Shown here piece by piece: positions 18,203-28,236 of a stretch of 50,936 nt of DNA (the first letter of the stretch is position 1; the number at the start of each line of letters is the position of its first letter). This DNA comes from Bacteroidota bacterium (GTDB lineage: Bacteria > Bacteroidota > Bacteroidia > Chitinophagales > Chitinophagaceae). Below the pieces are notes generated by a model that searched no databases, was not told the origin of the DNA, and saw only the letters and a list, made by a program, of their open reading frames with translations. Location: assembly GCA_963169885.1 (NCBI GenBank), contig CAUJFR010000414.1:1-50936 (forward strand), written 5' to 3'. A program made the position numbers and the translations under genes.

Positions 18203-19381
18203 ATGAACAAGATCATTTTTACGGAGGAATTCTGTCAGCCGGAAAAACTCCACCCATTTACGCTGACCCGCCAGCTCCAGGATATCCGGGTAGGCATCCT
18301 GACCATTCGTGAGAAATGGGAGAAAATGCTGGGGCTCCCTTCATTTGATAAAAAAGAAGACGATTATAAGGATCTTTCCCGTGCTGTTGATGTGGACGCC
18401 GTGATTGGCAAATACGATTGCTTTATGATTCATGGCAATGTGTTGCCTTCCCCTTCGCTGGTCAAAGCGATCCGGCTATTGAAAAACGGGGAATGCATTG
18501 CCACTCTGGACGGTTATAATATCGCTTACCGTTTCAGCCGTAAGCAAATGACAGATAAACACCGGATCAGGGTATCCCGCGTGGTGAGTTTTAAAGAAGC
18601 CATTCAGACCATTCAATACCCCTGGGATATTATCCGTTTAAATGACCAGGCCATCCGGGAGGATTTCAAACTACTGACAGCCCGTCGGAAATCACAGCCA
18701 ATCTCAAGGACCAATAAAGTCATTAAACCCGGCCAGGTTTTTATTGAAAAAGGGGCCAGTGTGGAACATTGTATCATCAATGCATCCACAGGACCTGTTT
18801 ATATCGGCAAGGAGGCTTCAATCATGGAAGGATGTCTCATCAGGGGGCCATTTGCGATGGGCGAGAAATCCTGCCTTAAAATGGGTACAAAGATATATGG
18901 TGCCACCACCCTTGGTCCGGGTTGTGTGGGGGGGGGAGAGATCAAGAATGCTGTACTTTTTGGTTATAGCAATAAAGCACATGAAGGCTACCTCGGTGAT
19001 GCCGTGATCGGCGAATGGTGCAACCTGGGAGCAGGTACCAGCAATTCCAACCTGAAAAATAATGCCAGTCCCGTGAAAGTATGGACACCGGAAGGAGAAG
19101 TGGTGGCCGGCCCCAAATGCGGGGTGATGATGGGTGATTATTCCCGGACAGCCATTAATACATCAATCAATACAGGTACGGTTATAGGTGTTAGTTGTAA
19201 TGTATTTGGAAACGGGCTCACCCCTAAATTTATTCCGAGCTTTTCCTGGGGCAGTGAGGGGTTAAGCCGGTATCGTTTTGAAAAGGCAGTGACCGATATT
19301 GAAGGATGGAAAAAACTAAAAGGAACCGTAATTTCGGCTGACGAAAAAATGATCCTTCAAAATATCTTTGAAAAATTTTAA
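18203..19381 (+). CDS. GlmU-family putative sugar-nucleotidyl/acyl transferase (Bacteroidota type)
   Basis: LHPFTLTR...IRVGILTIREKW N-terminus; hexapeptide left-handed beta-helix; GGEIKN, YSNKAHEGYLG, WCNLGAGT.NSNLKN. Confidence 0.85.
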   Translation: MNKIIFTEEFCQPEKLHPFTLTRQLQDIRVGILTIREKWEKMLGLPSFDKKEDDYKDLSRAVDVDAVIGKYDCFMIHGNVLPSPSLVKAIRLLKNGECIATLDGYNIAYRFSRKQMTDKHRIRVSRVVSFKEAIQTIQYPWDIIRLNDQAIREDFKLLTARRKSQPISRTNKVIKPGQVFIEKGASVEHCIINASTGPVYIGKEASIMEGCLIRGPFAMGEKSCLKMGTKIYGATTLGPGCVGGGEIKNAVLFGYSNKAHEGYLGDAVIGEWCNLGAGTSNSNLKNNASPVKVWTPEGEVVAGPKCGVMMGDYSRTAINTSINTGTVIGVSCNVFGNGLTPKFIPSFSWGSEGLSRYRFEKAVTDIEGWKKLKGTVISADEKMILQNIFEKF

Positions 19382-19400
19382 AACTGTATAAAAAGCTACA

Positions 19401-20162
19401 ATGAGAAAACAAATCGCAGCCGCAAACTGGAAAATGAACCTGACTTATCAGGATGGAGAAAAACTGCTGGATGATATCCTGGATGCAGGAATCAGCCTGG
19501 CCCCGCATCAGCACAGCATTTTTGCAGTGCCCTTTCCATACCTGATCATGACGCGGAGTGAAGTGGCGGAAGAGTTTAATTACCACGCAGCTGCACAAAA
19601 CTGTCACCATAAAACGTCCGGTGCCTACACCGGTGAGGTATCTGTTGAAATGTTACAGTCTATTGGCGTTAATTATTGCGTGATCGGTCACAGTGAGCGA
19701 AGGGAATACAATGCGGAAACCAATGAAATACTCGCTGCAAAGGTGAATCTGTGCCTGCAACATGATATCACTCCGATCTTTTGTTGTGGTGAACCCTTGT
19801 CTGTACGGGAAGCTGGCACACAAAACGAATTTGTGGCCAACCAGCTTAAAGAATCCCTTTTTCATTTACCTGCAAACAGCCTGAAAGGAATTATCATCGC
19901 TTACGAACCAATCTGGGCGATTGGTACCGGAAAAACGGCGACCACCGCACAGGCACAGGAAATACACCAGTTTCTGCGATCAGTCATTGCGGATCAATAT
20001 GGTGCAACACTGGCCAACGAAATACCGATTCTGTATGGCGGAAGTGTCAAAGCCAATAATGCCGTTGAATTATTTGCCTGCCCGGATGTGGATGGAGGTT
20101 TAGTAGGAGGGGCATCCCTGGTGGCCAGTGATTTTATCGCAATTATCAAAGCCCTGAAGTAA
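19401..20162 (+). CDS. tpiA: Triosephosphate isomerase
   Basis: ANWKMN, GAYTGEVS, IGHSERR, AYEPIWAIGTG, LYGGSV, GGLVGGASL. Confidence 0.98.
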   Translation: MRKQIAAANWKMNLTYQDGEKLLDDILDAGISLAPHQHSIFAVPFPYLIMTRSEVAEEFNYHAAAQNCHHKTSGAYTGEVSVEMLQSIGVNYCVIGHSERREYNAETNEILAAKVNLCLQHDITPIFCCGEPLSVREAGTQNEFVANQLKESLFHLPANSLKGIIIAYEPIWAIGTGKTATTAQAQEIHQFLRSVIADQYGATLANEIPILYGGSVKANNAVELFACPDVDGGLVGGASLVASDFIAIIKALK

Positions 20163-20237
20163 GCATATAGGGCAGTGATAATGAATCCGTTTTTATCAAC
20201 AAAACAGTAAGTTATTACTGCCCCTTATCATATTGTC

Positions 20238-20630
20238 TTGCAACGAAAGAATCAGGTGCTGCTCAGTTTTCTGAAAATAAAAGCAGTCGTGAACGGGCGT
20301 GAAATATACCCGCTAAGTAACACAAAACCGGTGGTGATTCCCGTGGGGGCCAACAACCCCCGGATAGTGATTACGGATGGTTACCATATTACTACTCCTT
20401 TAAAACTGGTTTATAACGAACTTCCGGTTTATTGCTTCAAAGTAGCCTGTGCCATCAGTGACCGGCAACTGCTGTTTGGATTCCTGATGATGGCGGGTTT
20501 GTACCTCTCCGGTTTTTATACCGGGCTCCTGGTTTTAAAAGTCTTCAGTTTTATTCCGCTGATTTATTTACTTACATTCTATTACCTCAACCGTAAAGAA
20601 TTTATCCGGCTCATACCGGTAACCAACTAA
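20238..20630 (+). CDS. Hypothetical membrane protein (start uncertain)
   Basis: Beta-rich N-terminal part plus two C-terminal TM helices; fills the gap between tpiA and the convergent channel gene. Confidence 0.6.
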   Translation: MQRKNQVLLSFLKIKAVVNGREIYPLSNTKPVVIPVGANNPRIVITDGYHITTPLKLVYNELPVYCFKVACAISDRQLLFGFLMMAGLYLSGFYTGLLVLKVFSFIPLIYLLTFYYLNRKEFIRLIPVTN

Positions 20631-21601
20631 AGGGTATTGGATGCAGCAGGAATGGTCGCCGGGGAATAACTGTTCAGCAGTGAAATATCCAGAAACGTAC
20701 TTTGACGATCAGTTCCGGCATAAAACATCGGATTGAACCGGGCGCCCCAAACAAACTCTTTCGTAATGTATGACCAACGGGCAACCACGGTATTGGAGAA
20801 GATTTCATCAAAAGCTTTTACGAATACCATCAGTTCCAGATCCGTATTCCCGAAATCCTCTTCTGTAAAACCAGCCAGGGGACTTTTTTCATTGAGCGGA
20901 TGTACAATGGTCCAGCTAAGTGAAAATGAATTCAGTTTATCAATTTCAACCGGCAGCGTAAAAAATTTATTGACGATTTTCCCATTTTCCTCCACGCGCA
21001 TGGCTAATGTCAGTTTAACCTCGGCTTCAGAGAGCAGGTTGTTTTTGAAAGGCGTCATCCGGAACATCAGTGCACTTCCGTCTTTATAAGGGGCAACCAG
21101 GGCTGTGTCACTGAATTTAAGGAAGGCCTGTGGCCTTGAAAAACGGCCATAAAAAAGGCCGGTGGCTATCGCAAAACTCAGCAGGCCTATAAACGCTTCA
21201 AAAGTCGAAATGGCACTGGTCAGGAATCCGGTCGGACTGATCCGGCCATATCCTACCGTGGTGAATGTCTGTGTACTGAAGAAAAATACTTCTGAGAACT
21301 CCTTTAGATTATGGCTGCGTTCAATGCCGGCCAGGTGTTCCACGCCAATCAGGTAATAAATGCCGGCAAAAACCAGATTGACCGATACATAAATGAGTAA
21401 TAAGAGGGAAAGAAATTTCCCCCTTGGCATTCCCAGCATCGTGTGATACCAGCTATACCGGTTGAGCAGGCTTACTCCTTTTTTGTGCACATTGGCTCCA
21501 CCGGTGCGGCGATCAAAAAATCGTCCGCTGTTATTACTGCTATTCCCGAAACCGGTATTGTCTTCAGACCGCATGTTGCGGAACCTTTTCATCATTGCCA
21601 T
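20627..21601 (-). CDS. Inward-rectifier (KirBac-like) potassium channel
   Basis: Two TM helices with FFFSTQTFTTVGYG filter; RFSRP..FS..A..., LSWTIVHPL...SPL cytoplasmic Kir domain; TACATTTG just upstream of ATG 21601. Confidence 0.9.
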   Translation of the reverse strand: MAMMKRFRNMRSEDNTGFGNSSNNSGRFFDRRTGGANVHKKGVSLLNRYSWYHTMLGMPRGKFLSLLLLIYVSVNLVFAGIYYLIGVEHLAGIERSHNLKEFSEVFFFSTQTFTTVGYGRISPTGFLTSAISTFEAFIGLLSFAIATGLFYGRFSRPQAFLKFSDTALVAPYKDGSALMFRMTPFKNNLLSEAEVKLTLAMRVEENGKIVNKFFTLPVEIDKLNSFSLSWTIVHPLNEKSPLAGFTEEDFGNTDLELMVFVKAFDEIFSNTVVARWSYITKEFVWGARFNPMFYAGTDRQSTFLDISLLNSYSPATIPAASNTL

Positions 21602-21666
21602 AGACAAATGTATAATTAATCGGCAATTTCTTTTGTCCGCCCGTGATACTGGTTTATTTTAGTCCT

Positions 21667-22839
21667 ATGGCCCGGAAAAAAATACTTTGGCTTTGCAGCT
21701 GGTACCCCAACCGGGCCGATCCATTCGACGGGGATTTTATTCAGCGACATGCCCGGGCTGCTTCCTTATACAATGATATTCATGTTATACGATTGGTGGC
21801 CGATGCATCACTTCGCCCGGGAAAGACAGCGTTTCAAAAGCAGGAAAGCAAAGGGTTGACCGAGCAGGTGGTTTACCTGGGAAAAGGAAAAAGTCTGGCC
21901 GGGAGATTCCTGTTTTACCAGCGTTGGAATAGGATTTTTAAAGATGTGATTAAAGCATATCTCGCAGATCAGGGAGTCCCCTTTGTAGTTCATGTTCATG
22001 TTCCTTACCCGGCAGGCCGGCTGGCATTATGGTTAAAGCAAAAATACGGAGTCCCTTTTGTGGTCACAGAACACTGGACCATTTATCAGCCTGGAAGCGA
22101 AATTGCTTATTCCAGCCAACCGGCGCGGATGCGTAGCCTGATAACACGTGTAATGCGGGAGACGGTTTTGTTTCTTCCGGTGAGCAGGGATCTTGCAGAA
22201 CAGGTAAACCGCCTGGTATTACCAGTGTCTGCAAAACCAATCCCGAATGTGGTTGATACAAACCACTTTTGTTTCCAGGTCACAGATCATGTGAAGCGTA
22301 CAAAGTTCCGGTATATCCATGTTTCGGGTATGAATGCCCAGAAAAATCCGGAAGGATTGCTCCGGGCTTTTGCTGCAGCCTGGCAGGAGGATCCTGAGCT
22401 GGAATTATGGATGTTGGGTAACCGGGACCAACGCCTGGCTGAATTCGCCTCCGGGCTGGACCTGCCGGCTGGTGTTATTTTGTTTGATGGTGAGGTTAGT
22501 TACAGGGATGTAGCAAAGCGCATGCGGGAGTGTGATGCCCTTGTATTATTCAGTCAGGTGGAAAATGCACCTTGCGTAATCAGTGAAGCCCTGTGTTGCG
22601 GGTTACCGGTTATTGCTACCCGGACTGGGGGGATTCCGGAAATGCTGAATGATTCGAATGGGGTACTGATAGAACCCGGAGATGAAACCGCTATGAAAAC
22701 AGCCCTGCTGGACCTGAAAAAAACATATAACAGGTACAACAGGGCCGTCATCGCTGCTCACGCGTCATCCATATATAATTATGAAGCAGTGGGAAAAGAA
22801 CTTTCAGTTCTGTACAATCAGGTTGTATTAAAGGGTTAG
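21667..22839 (+). CDS. GT-B glycosyltransferase, family 4
   Basis: SWYP...DGDFI, VVTEH, IPNVVD, KNPEG, ENAPCVISEALCCGLPVIAT (EX7E). Confidence 0.9.
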   Translation: MARKKILWLCSWYPNRADPFDGDFIQRHARAASLYNDIHVIRLVADASLRPGKTAFQKQESKGLTEQVVYLGKGKSLAGRFLFYQRWNRIFKDVIKAYLADQGVPFVVHVHVPYPAGRLALWLKQKYGVPFVVTEHWTIYQPGSEIAYSSQPARMRSLITRVMRETVLFLPVSRDLAEQVNRLVLPVSAKPIPNVVDTNHFCFQVTDHVKRTKFRYIHVSGMNAQKNPEGLLRAFAAAWQEDPELELWMLGNRDQRLAEFASGLDLPAGVILFDGEVSYRDVAKRMRECDALVLFSQVENAPCVISEALCCGLPVIATRTGGIPEMLNDSNGVLIEPGDETAMKTALLDLKKTYNRYNRAVIAAHASSIYNYEAVGKELSVLYNQVVLKG

Positions 22840-22842
22840 CCG

Positions 22843-23100
22843 TCAGTTCTTAAGCTTTGCCACCAGCTCAATATAAGCGGTCATGGCTTCTGCATTGGTT
22901 TTTCCTTTTAAAGCAGCCCAGGCTTCATACTTTGCTTTGGCTACAAAATCAAACGGGTTGGCCGGCGGGTCAATATTGATATCTCCTTCGCTGGACTGTT
23001 TGTATAATGAATACAGTTGCAGCAGGGTGTCGTTACTGGGTTTCTCAGATAAGGTTTTGCTTTCTGCAATCGCTTTTTCAAATTGTTCTTTCAGGTCCAT
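22843..23100 (-). CDS. Acyl-CoA-binding protein
   Basis: LQLYSLYKQSSEGD...KAKYEAW..LKG...AM.AYI (ACBP signature). Confidence 0.92.
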   Translation of the reverse strand: MDLKEQFEKAIAESKTLSEKPSNDTLLQLYSLYKQSSEGDINIDPPANPFDFVAKAKYEAWAALKGKTNAEAMTAYIELVAKLKN

Positions 23101-23160
23101 TGGTATTTGTTTTCTTGGTATAATAATGCTGACTTGTTTTTTAGTCCATTTCTATCCGGG

Positions 23161-24189
23161 TTAATTAACCCTGGCTTCATCAATAAAGGCCATGCTGACG
23201 GCTCTTTTATTTTCAATCAGTTCAAAAAACTCCTGCAGGTAACTGGTCATTTCCTTTCTGGTTTTGCTACTCAGTAATTCAAAACTGTTTATGGTTTTAA
23301 ATATACTGTCCTTTTTGCTCCGGAATATATCCAGTTGAATCTGGAGTTCTTCCATCGTCCGGGGAAAGCCCCGGTAAACCCGTTCGGTTACTTTTTCTGT
23401 CCCGATGGTTTCATGGGGTATCGCGTAGCTGGCATCCACCAGGCCGCAATAATCGAAGTCATAGGGAACCACATAGGGTGGGGTGTTCTTGTTTTTTTTA
23501 TCAAAAATCAGTTTGATGTTATGGTTAGTGGGTACGGCCCAGTCCGTATTCCCGATCATATACTGAAACAAGGCCACCATCGTCATCATATCCCGGTTTG
23601 TGGCCTCCGTCATCATTTTTACCTCATCTTTTTTATGGCATCCGTTACGCCTGGCCATGTCACCATCATCTTCTATCAGAAAGGCAAACTGACTGAAAGG
23701 TTTCAGTTTTTTACGGGTATCCGTATAGTTAACCCGCATCAGCCGGACGCGGAAACTCCGGTCCTCCAGCATATTATAAATTTTATAAACAAGGTATTCC
23801 TTCAGTAGTAATTCTTCATCTACCGGATTTATTCCACAACCAATTACAAGTTTCAGTTTGCCCAGTGATTGCAACCGGGGGGCTCCTTTATTCCGGAAAT
23901 TCATCATCATCGGTGGAATCCGGCAATAGTTCCGTCTGAAATTTCCACGGGCACTCACACTGATTGTTTCATTGATCAGTGTACTGTCTGGAAATAACAT
24001 GCTGATGGAAGCTTGTTGAAATACACCTTGCCTGGTTTCAGTCTGAACCTGCCTCAGATCTGTACTGAGATTTACGTGGATCAGCCCTTCATCTGTAAAA
24101 AACCGGATGCTGTCAACCGGGGCCTCCTGGGCTCCTGCTGTTATTGAAATGAACAATAAAAGGACTGTGAACAGGCGGTTTTTATTCAT
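23161..24189 (-). CDS. Exported hypothetical protein, CotH-like atypical kinase fold (tentative)
   Basis: Signal peptide (AGA-Q); RGNFR, KLKLV, EYLVYKIYN, FLIED, YMIGNTDW, HNIKL, VPYDFD motifs resembling CotH-type kinases. Confidence 0.6.
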   Translation of the reverse strand: MNKNRLFTVLLLFISITAGAQEAPVDSIRFFTDEGLIHVNLSTDLRQVQTETRQGVFQQASISMLFPDSTLINETISVSARGNFRRNYCRIPPMMMNFRNKGAPRLQSLGKLKLVIGCGINPVDEELLLKEYLVYKIYNMLEDRSFRVRLMRVNYTDTRKKLKPFSQFAFLIEDDGDMARRNGCHKKDEVKMMTEATNRDMMTMVALFQYMIGNTDWAVPTNHNIKLIFDKKNKNTPPYVVPYDFDYCGLVDASYAIPHETIGTEKVTERVYRGFPRTMEELQIQLDIFRSKKDSIFKTINSFELLSSKTRKEMTSYLQEFFELIENKRAVSMAFIDEARVN

Positions 24190-24266
24190 ACAAAACAATT
24201 AATGTTTAGCGATCAAGTCTTGTCTGAAAATACAAAAACTATTCCTGATCCGCACGCTTTTCTGTG

Positions 24267-25886
24267 TTATTTAAGCACTTCCGGTATTGGGGCACCAGTG
24301 GATCCGCTGGGCATCTGAATATGTAATAAGGCCGCCAGTGTCGGAGCGATATCTGTCATAAATGTTTCCCGGTTGGTTTTCCCTTTTTTGATCCCCCAGC
24401 CATACCATAAAAGAGGGATATGTGCATCATAAGGATTCCATAAACCATGGGTCGTGCCGGTTGTACTATAGGCATCGATATAGCCAGGTTTTAAAATAAA
24501 CTGGATATCCCCGTTACGGGCCGGATGATATCCGTTATTCAGCATTTCCCGTATCCTGACTGGCAGGGGCGTGGTATTCAGGTCTTTTAAAGTAAATGCC
24601 CGGTCTATTCCAGGGGCTGCCAGCAGCTGTTGAATGATCCATTCCGTAATTTCGGCTTTTACTGCTTTGGCAGAATCAAGCAAAGGATGGTTCAAATGAA
24701 TCTGGTAGTTGTCGTCACTCACAATAATGCCGGATAGATTATATTTTTCTTTCAGCCCTTTATTCATCGACTCCACCAGCTTGCCAATATAAGCACGTCC
24801 TCCGGGTAATCGGTTTTCTTCCATAAATTCAGGCACATGCGCGGCACCATGATCCGCAGAAAGAAAGACCGTATACTGACCTTTCCCAACCTTTAAATCC
24901 AGGTAATTCAAAAATGCGCCCAGTTCCTGGTCCAGTCGAAGAAATCCATCTTCTGCTTCCACCGAATTGGGGCCAAAAGTATGACCGATATAATCCGGTG
25001 ACGAGAAACTCACTGCCAGGAAATCGGTGATCTCATCTGTGCCTAATTGTTCTGCCGTCAAGGCTGCTTTTGCAAATTCAAAAGTCATGCTGTTGCCCAT
25101 CGGGGTGGTTGATATTTTACCGTAGTCTTTGCCAATGAATTTCTTGAGGTCATACGGGAATACGGCCCCAAATGGTTTTGCTTCCCAGCTTTTGTCATCC
25201 GCTGTACTTTGTTTGTAGGTCGTTAAGGGGTACATAATATTCCAACCCTTTTCATAATATTTTTCAACGATTTTCTGACTGTTGAAATCGGTGACCCATT
25301 TGGGTAATTCATTCATATAATACGTCGAAGTGATCCAGTTGCCGTTTGTGTTATCGTACCAGTAAGCTGCATTGGCACTATGTCCGGCCGGCAAAATTCC
25401 TCCTCTGTCTTTTATGGCCACACCAATCACCTTGCTTTTGAAATTTGTAGCCAGCCTGAGTTCATCACAGATCGTAGTTACCAGCAAGTTCCGCGGACTC
25501 ATCTTTCCCAACGTGGAACTGCTTCCTACTGTTGATACCGTTTTGTCTTCCGTACAATAGACAGCACGCATTTTTTCCTTATCCCACCAGCCATTTCCGG
25601 AAATGCCATTTACCGCAGGTACAGTCCCCGTATAAATAGAACTATGACCACAGGCGGTAACGGTTGGTGCGTAAGGAATCAGCGTATTCTCGCATGAAAA
25701 TCCCTGGTTCAGCAACCGTTTAAAGCCGCCCGTCTCGCTATAACGCGCATAATAACGATAGAGATAATCCCAGCGCATCTGGTCCATTACCAGCCCAACC
25801 ACGAGTTTCGGCCGTTTTACCTCGGACTGAGCCTGGCCGGAAATAATCAACAGGGAAAATAGTGCGGATAAAAACAGGCGTTGCAT
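24267..25886 (-). CDS. pafA: PafA-type alkaline phosphatase
   Basis: RPKLVVGLVMDQMRWDYL, Thr nucleophile in PTVTACGH, AIKDRG, DYIGH.FGP, SADHG, TTHG; start ATG 25886. Confidence 0.93.
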   Translation of the reverse strand: MQRLFLSALFSLLIISGQAQSEVKRPKLVVGLVMDQMRWDYLYRYYARYSETGGFKRLLNQGFSCENTLIPYAPTVTACGHSSIYTGTVPAVNGISGNGWWDKEKMRAVYCTEDKTVSTVGSSSTLGKMSPRNLLVTTICDELRLATNFKSKVIGVAIKDRGGILPAGHSANAAYWYDNTNGNWITSTYYMNELPKWVTDFNSQKIVEKYYEKGWNIMYPLTTYKQSTADDKSWEAKPFGAVFPYDLKKFIGKDYGKISTTPMGNSMTFEFAKAALTAEQLGTDEITDFLAVSFSSPDYIGHTFGPNSVEAEDGFLRLDQELGAFLNYLDLKVGKGQYTVFLSADHGAAHVPEFMEENRLPGGRAYIGKLVESMNKGLKEKYNLSGIIVSDDNYQIHLNHPLLDSAKAVKAEITEWIIQQLLAAPGIDRAFTLKDLNTTPLPVRIREMLNNGYHPARNGDIQFILKPGYIDAYSTTGTTHGLWNPYDAHIPLLWYGWGIKKGKTNRETFMTDIAPTLAALLHIQMPSGSTGAPIPEVLK

Positions 25887-25996
25887 GTGTTTGATTTTAG
25901 ACAAAATTAAGGGTTTGCTTCTTGTTGCTGTATGACTGTTCTGTAAACTATACTGATGGATAGTGAAGAATTAGTTTTTTATAACCACTGTTTTAG

Positions 25997-27217
25997 TTAA
26001 AGCCCGGACAGTTTTTTTCGTTCTTTTTTATTCAGCAGATGAAAAATTCCGGCTGCCGCAAAACAGAGTCCACCGGTAATATACCAGAGTACCTGGAAAT
26101 TACTGTACTGAACCACTTGTGCGCCTCCCATCGGTCCGAGGGTCTGGGCGGCAGACCAGGCCATAGTATATAAAGCCGCATATTGCCCCCGGTTCGATAC
26201 CTGGGTCCGGGTGATCCAGTAACTGTTCATAAATGGCATGGAAAGGATTTCACCGAAAGTGACCGTAATAATCATGATCAGCGCCAACATGAAACCGATT
26301 CCAGATAGATTCAGCAGCAGGAATGACAGCCCGACAAGCAGTATACCCCGGGTGATATAGAACATGACAGGTCTTTTCCCCTCCAGCCGGTAAATTAAGA
26401 CCATTTCAATCACGGCGATCAGGATACCATTAAAGGCCATCAATAAACCGATTGTTGGTTTTGACAAATGTAATTCCCGTTCAAAATAGACCGGGAGGTT
26501 GGTGAACAACTGAAAAAAACAACTGGCAAATAAAACAGTGGCGCCGATAAAGAGCATAAATAGTTTGTCTTTAGAAGCGGGCAGCGTATCTGCTTTCTCA
26601 GCAGGACTTTGTGCAACAGGTTTGTAATCCGCAGGTTTTAGCAGCAGCCACATGATCAGTGCCGCCGTAATATTAGTGAAACCATCTACCCAGAATAATA
26701 ATTCGTAATTGATACTGGCCAGAATACCGCCCAGTCCGCTCCCAACAGCCCATCCCAGATTAATCGCCAGCCGGTTCAGGGCATAGGAGCGGGTACGGTT
26801 TTCCGTCTTGCTGTAAAAGGCGATGGCTGTTGAATTGGCTGGCCGGAAAGCTTCATTCACAAAACTTAACAAGAAGGTAAACAGGCAGATCAGCGGATAG
26901 GTCTTCATTTGTCCCAGGACCAGGAATAGAAGTCCTCCTGTAAAAAGGGTGAACAGTTGCACCGGATAAAAACCAATCCGATCGGTAAGGCGGCCTCCCA
27001 GCCAGGCACCTGTGAAAGCACCGGCACCGAATAACCCAAAAACATATCCGGCTTCACCTACCGAGTAGCCCATTTCCTTACTGGTCAGGTAAAGGGTCAT
27101 AAACGGAACCACCATGGTGCCACTCCGGTTGATCAGCATAATGAAGGAGAGCAACCAGGTTTCCCTGGAAAGCCCTGCATAGGCATTTCGGTATGTCCGG
27201 GCTGTTGCAGAAATCAT
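25997..27217 (-). CDS. MFS transporter
   Basis: About 12 TM segments; motif A GGRLTDRIG; INRSGTMVVPF, RLAINLG. Confidence 0.92.
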   Translation of the reverse strand: MISATARTYRNAYAGLSRETWLLSFIMLINRSGTMVVPFMTLYLTSKEMGYSVGEAGYVFGLFGAGAFTGAWLGGRLTDRIGFYPVQLFTLFTGGLLFLVLGQMKTYPLICLFTFLLSFVNEAFRPANSTAIAFYSKTENRTRSYALNRLAINLGWAVGSGLGGILASINYELLFWVDGFTNITAALIMWLLLKPADYKPVAQSPAEKADTLPASKDKLFMLFIGATVLFASCFFQLFTNLPVYFERELHLSKPTIGLLMAFNGILIAVIEMVLIYRLEGKRPVMFYITRGILLVGLSFLLLNLSGIGFMLALIMIITVTFGEILSMPFMNSYWITRTQVSNRGQYAALYTMAWSAAQTLGPMGGAQVVQYSNFQVLWYITGGLCFAAAGIFHLLNKKERKKLSGL

Positions 27218-27334
27218 AACGTGGTAAAGTTACCGGATTGTCCGGCATCTGGGCAACCACCCGTATAAACCAACCGATTGGACTGCTTGATTTACGGGTC
27301 TATTTTGTATATTCCATTATTAAACATAACCAAC

Positions 27335-27682
27335 ATGAAGAAACTGATCCTCCTTACCGCCATGGCCGCAATGGCCCTGGTTTTGTCGAATTGCTCCGGG
27401 TCTAAAAAACTGGCCGCAACACCCAAGTTGAATTTTGAATCCAACCTGAAGGCCGTGGTAATGTCCGAATGCGCTCCTTGCCACATCCCCGCAAAAGGGG
27501 GCAATAAGAAACCATATGACAATTACGCGAATGTAAAAACCGATATCGATGAGATTATCCGTCGTATTGAAATGAATCCGGGAGAAAGAGGATTTATGCC
27601 CTTCCGGAAAACCACGAAACTAAGCGATAGTACCATTGCCCTCTTTAAACAATGGAGAGCAGATGGCGTATTGGAAAATTAA
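27335..27682 (+). CDS. Small monoheme c-type cytochrome lipoprotein
   Basis: Lipoprotein signal (LSN-C); CAPCH heme motif; downstream MP (candidate axial Met) and W...G. Confidence 0.75.
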   Translation: MKKLILLTAMAAMALVLSNCSGSKKLAATPKLNFESNLKAVVMSECAPCHIPAKGGNKKPYDNYANVKTDIDEIIRRIEMNPGERGFMPFRKTTKLSDSTIALFKQWRADGVLEN

Positions 27683-27685
27683 CAA

Positions 27686-28138
27686 TCAGTCTTTGAGTAA
27701 TAACTCATAAACTTCACGGGTAAAATCGGCCCGGAATATGGAAAATGTCCTGATCTCGGCCTCCGGAACAAGTTCAATCATCATGTTATCTTCATAACGG
27801 GAGATATACTGATTCTCATTGATCTTTTTCCAGTTGGATATTTTCTTATTCAGCAGTACTTCCAGGTACCCGTTGTAACAGGAGTCGCAGCGGGTACTTG
27901 TCGTTTCTGTCATACATAACCCTTTTTTATCAAATACATAGATCAGTTGGGTCAGGTCACTGACTTGTACTAGAATGGAGTCTTTCCGGGTATAAACGGC
28001 AGGTTGTCCTGATTTTCCGGGATACGCTTTTTTCAGGGCAGTTTCGGCTTTGTTGTAAGGCATGTTGATGAACTCCTGTGCAGCAGCCGGGCTGCAACAA
28101 GCCAGCAAAGAGAAAAAGAACAATAAAATGAGTTTCAT
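27686..28138 (-). CDS. Hypothetical exported protein
   Basis: Signal peptide (AAA-Q); no recognised domain. Confidence 0.65.
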   Translation of the reverse strand: MKLILLFFFSLLACCSPAAAQEFINMPYNKAETALKKAYPGKSGQPAVYTRKDSILVQVSDLTQLIYVFDKKGLCMTETTSTRCDSCYNGYLEVLLNKKISNWKKINENQYISRYEDNMMIELVPEAEIRTFSIFRADFTREVYELLLKD

Positions 28139-28236
28139 GAAAATTCAGACGTTATGCCGCCAAAGGTAGTTGCTTGGAACGGTTTAGAGAAACCCGGATT
28201 TGTCCCCTATATTTGCGCCTTCCGAAAAAACTACTT

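Noticed and set aside
20170-20223. Inverted repeat GGGCAGTGATAA/TTATTACTGCCC after tpiA as a terminator or sRNA
   Set aside because: 30-nt loop and no U-tract; at most a 3' stability hairpin, so too weak to call
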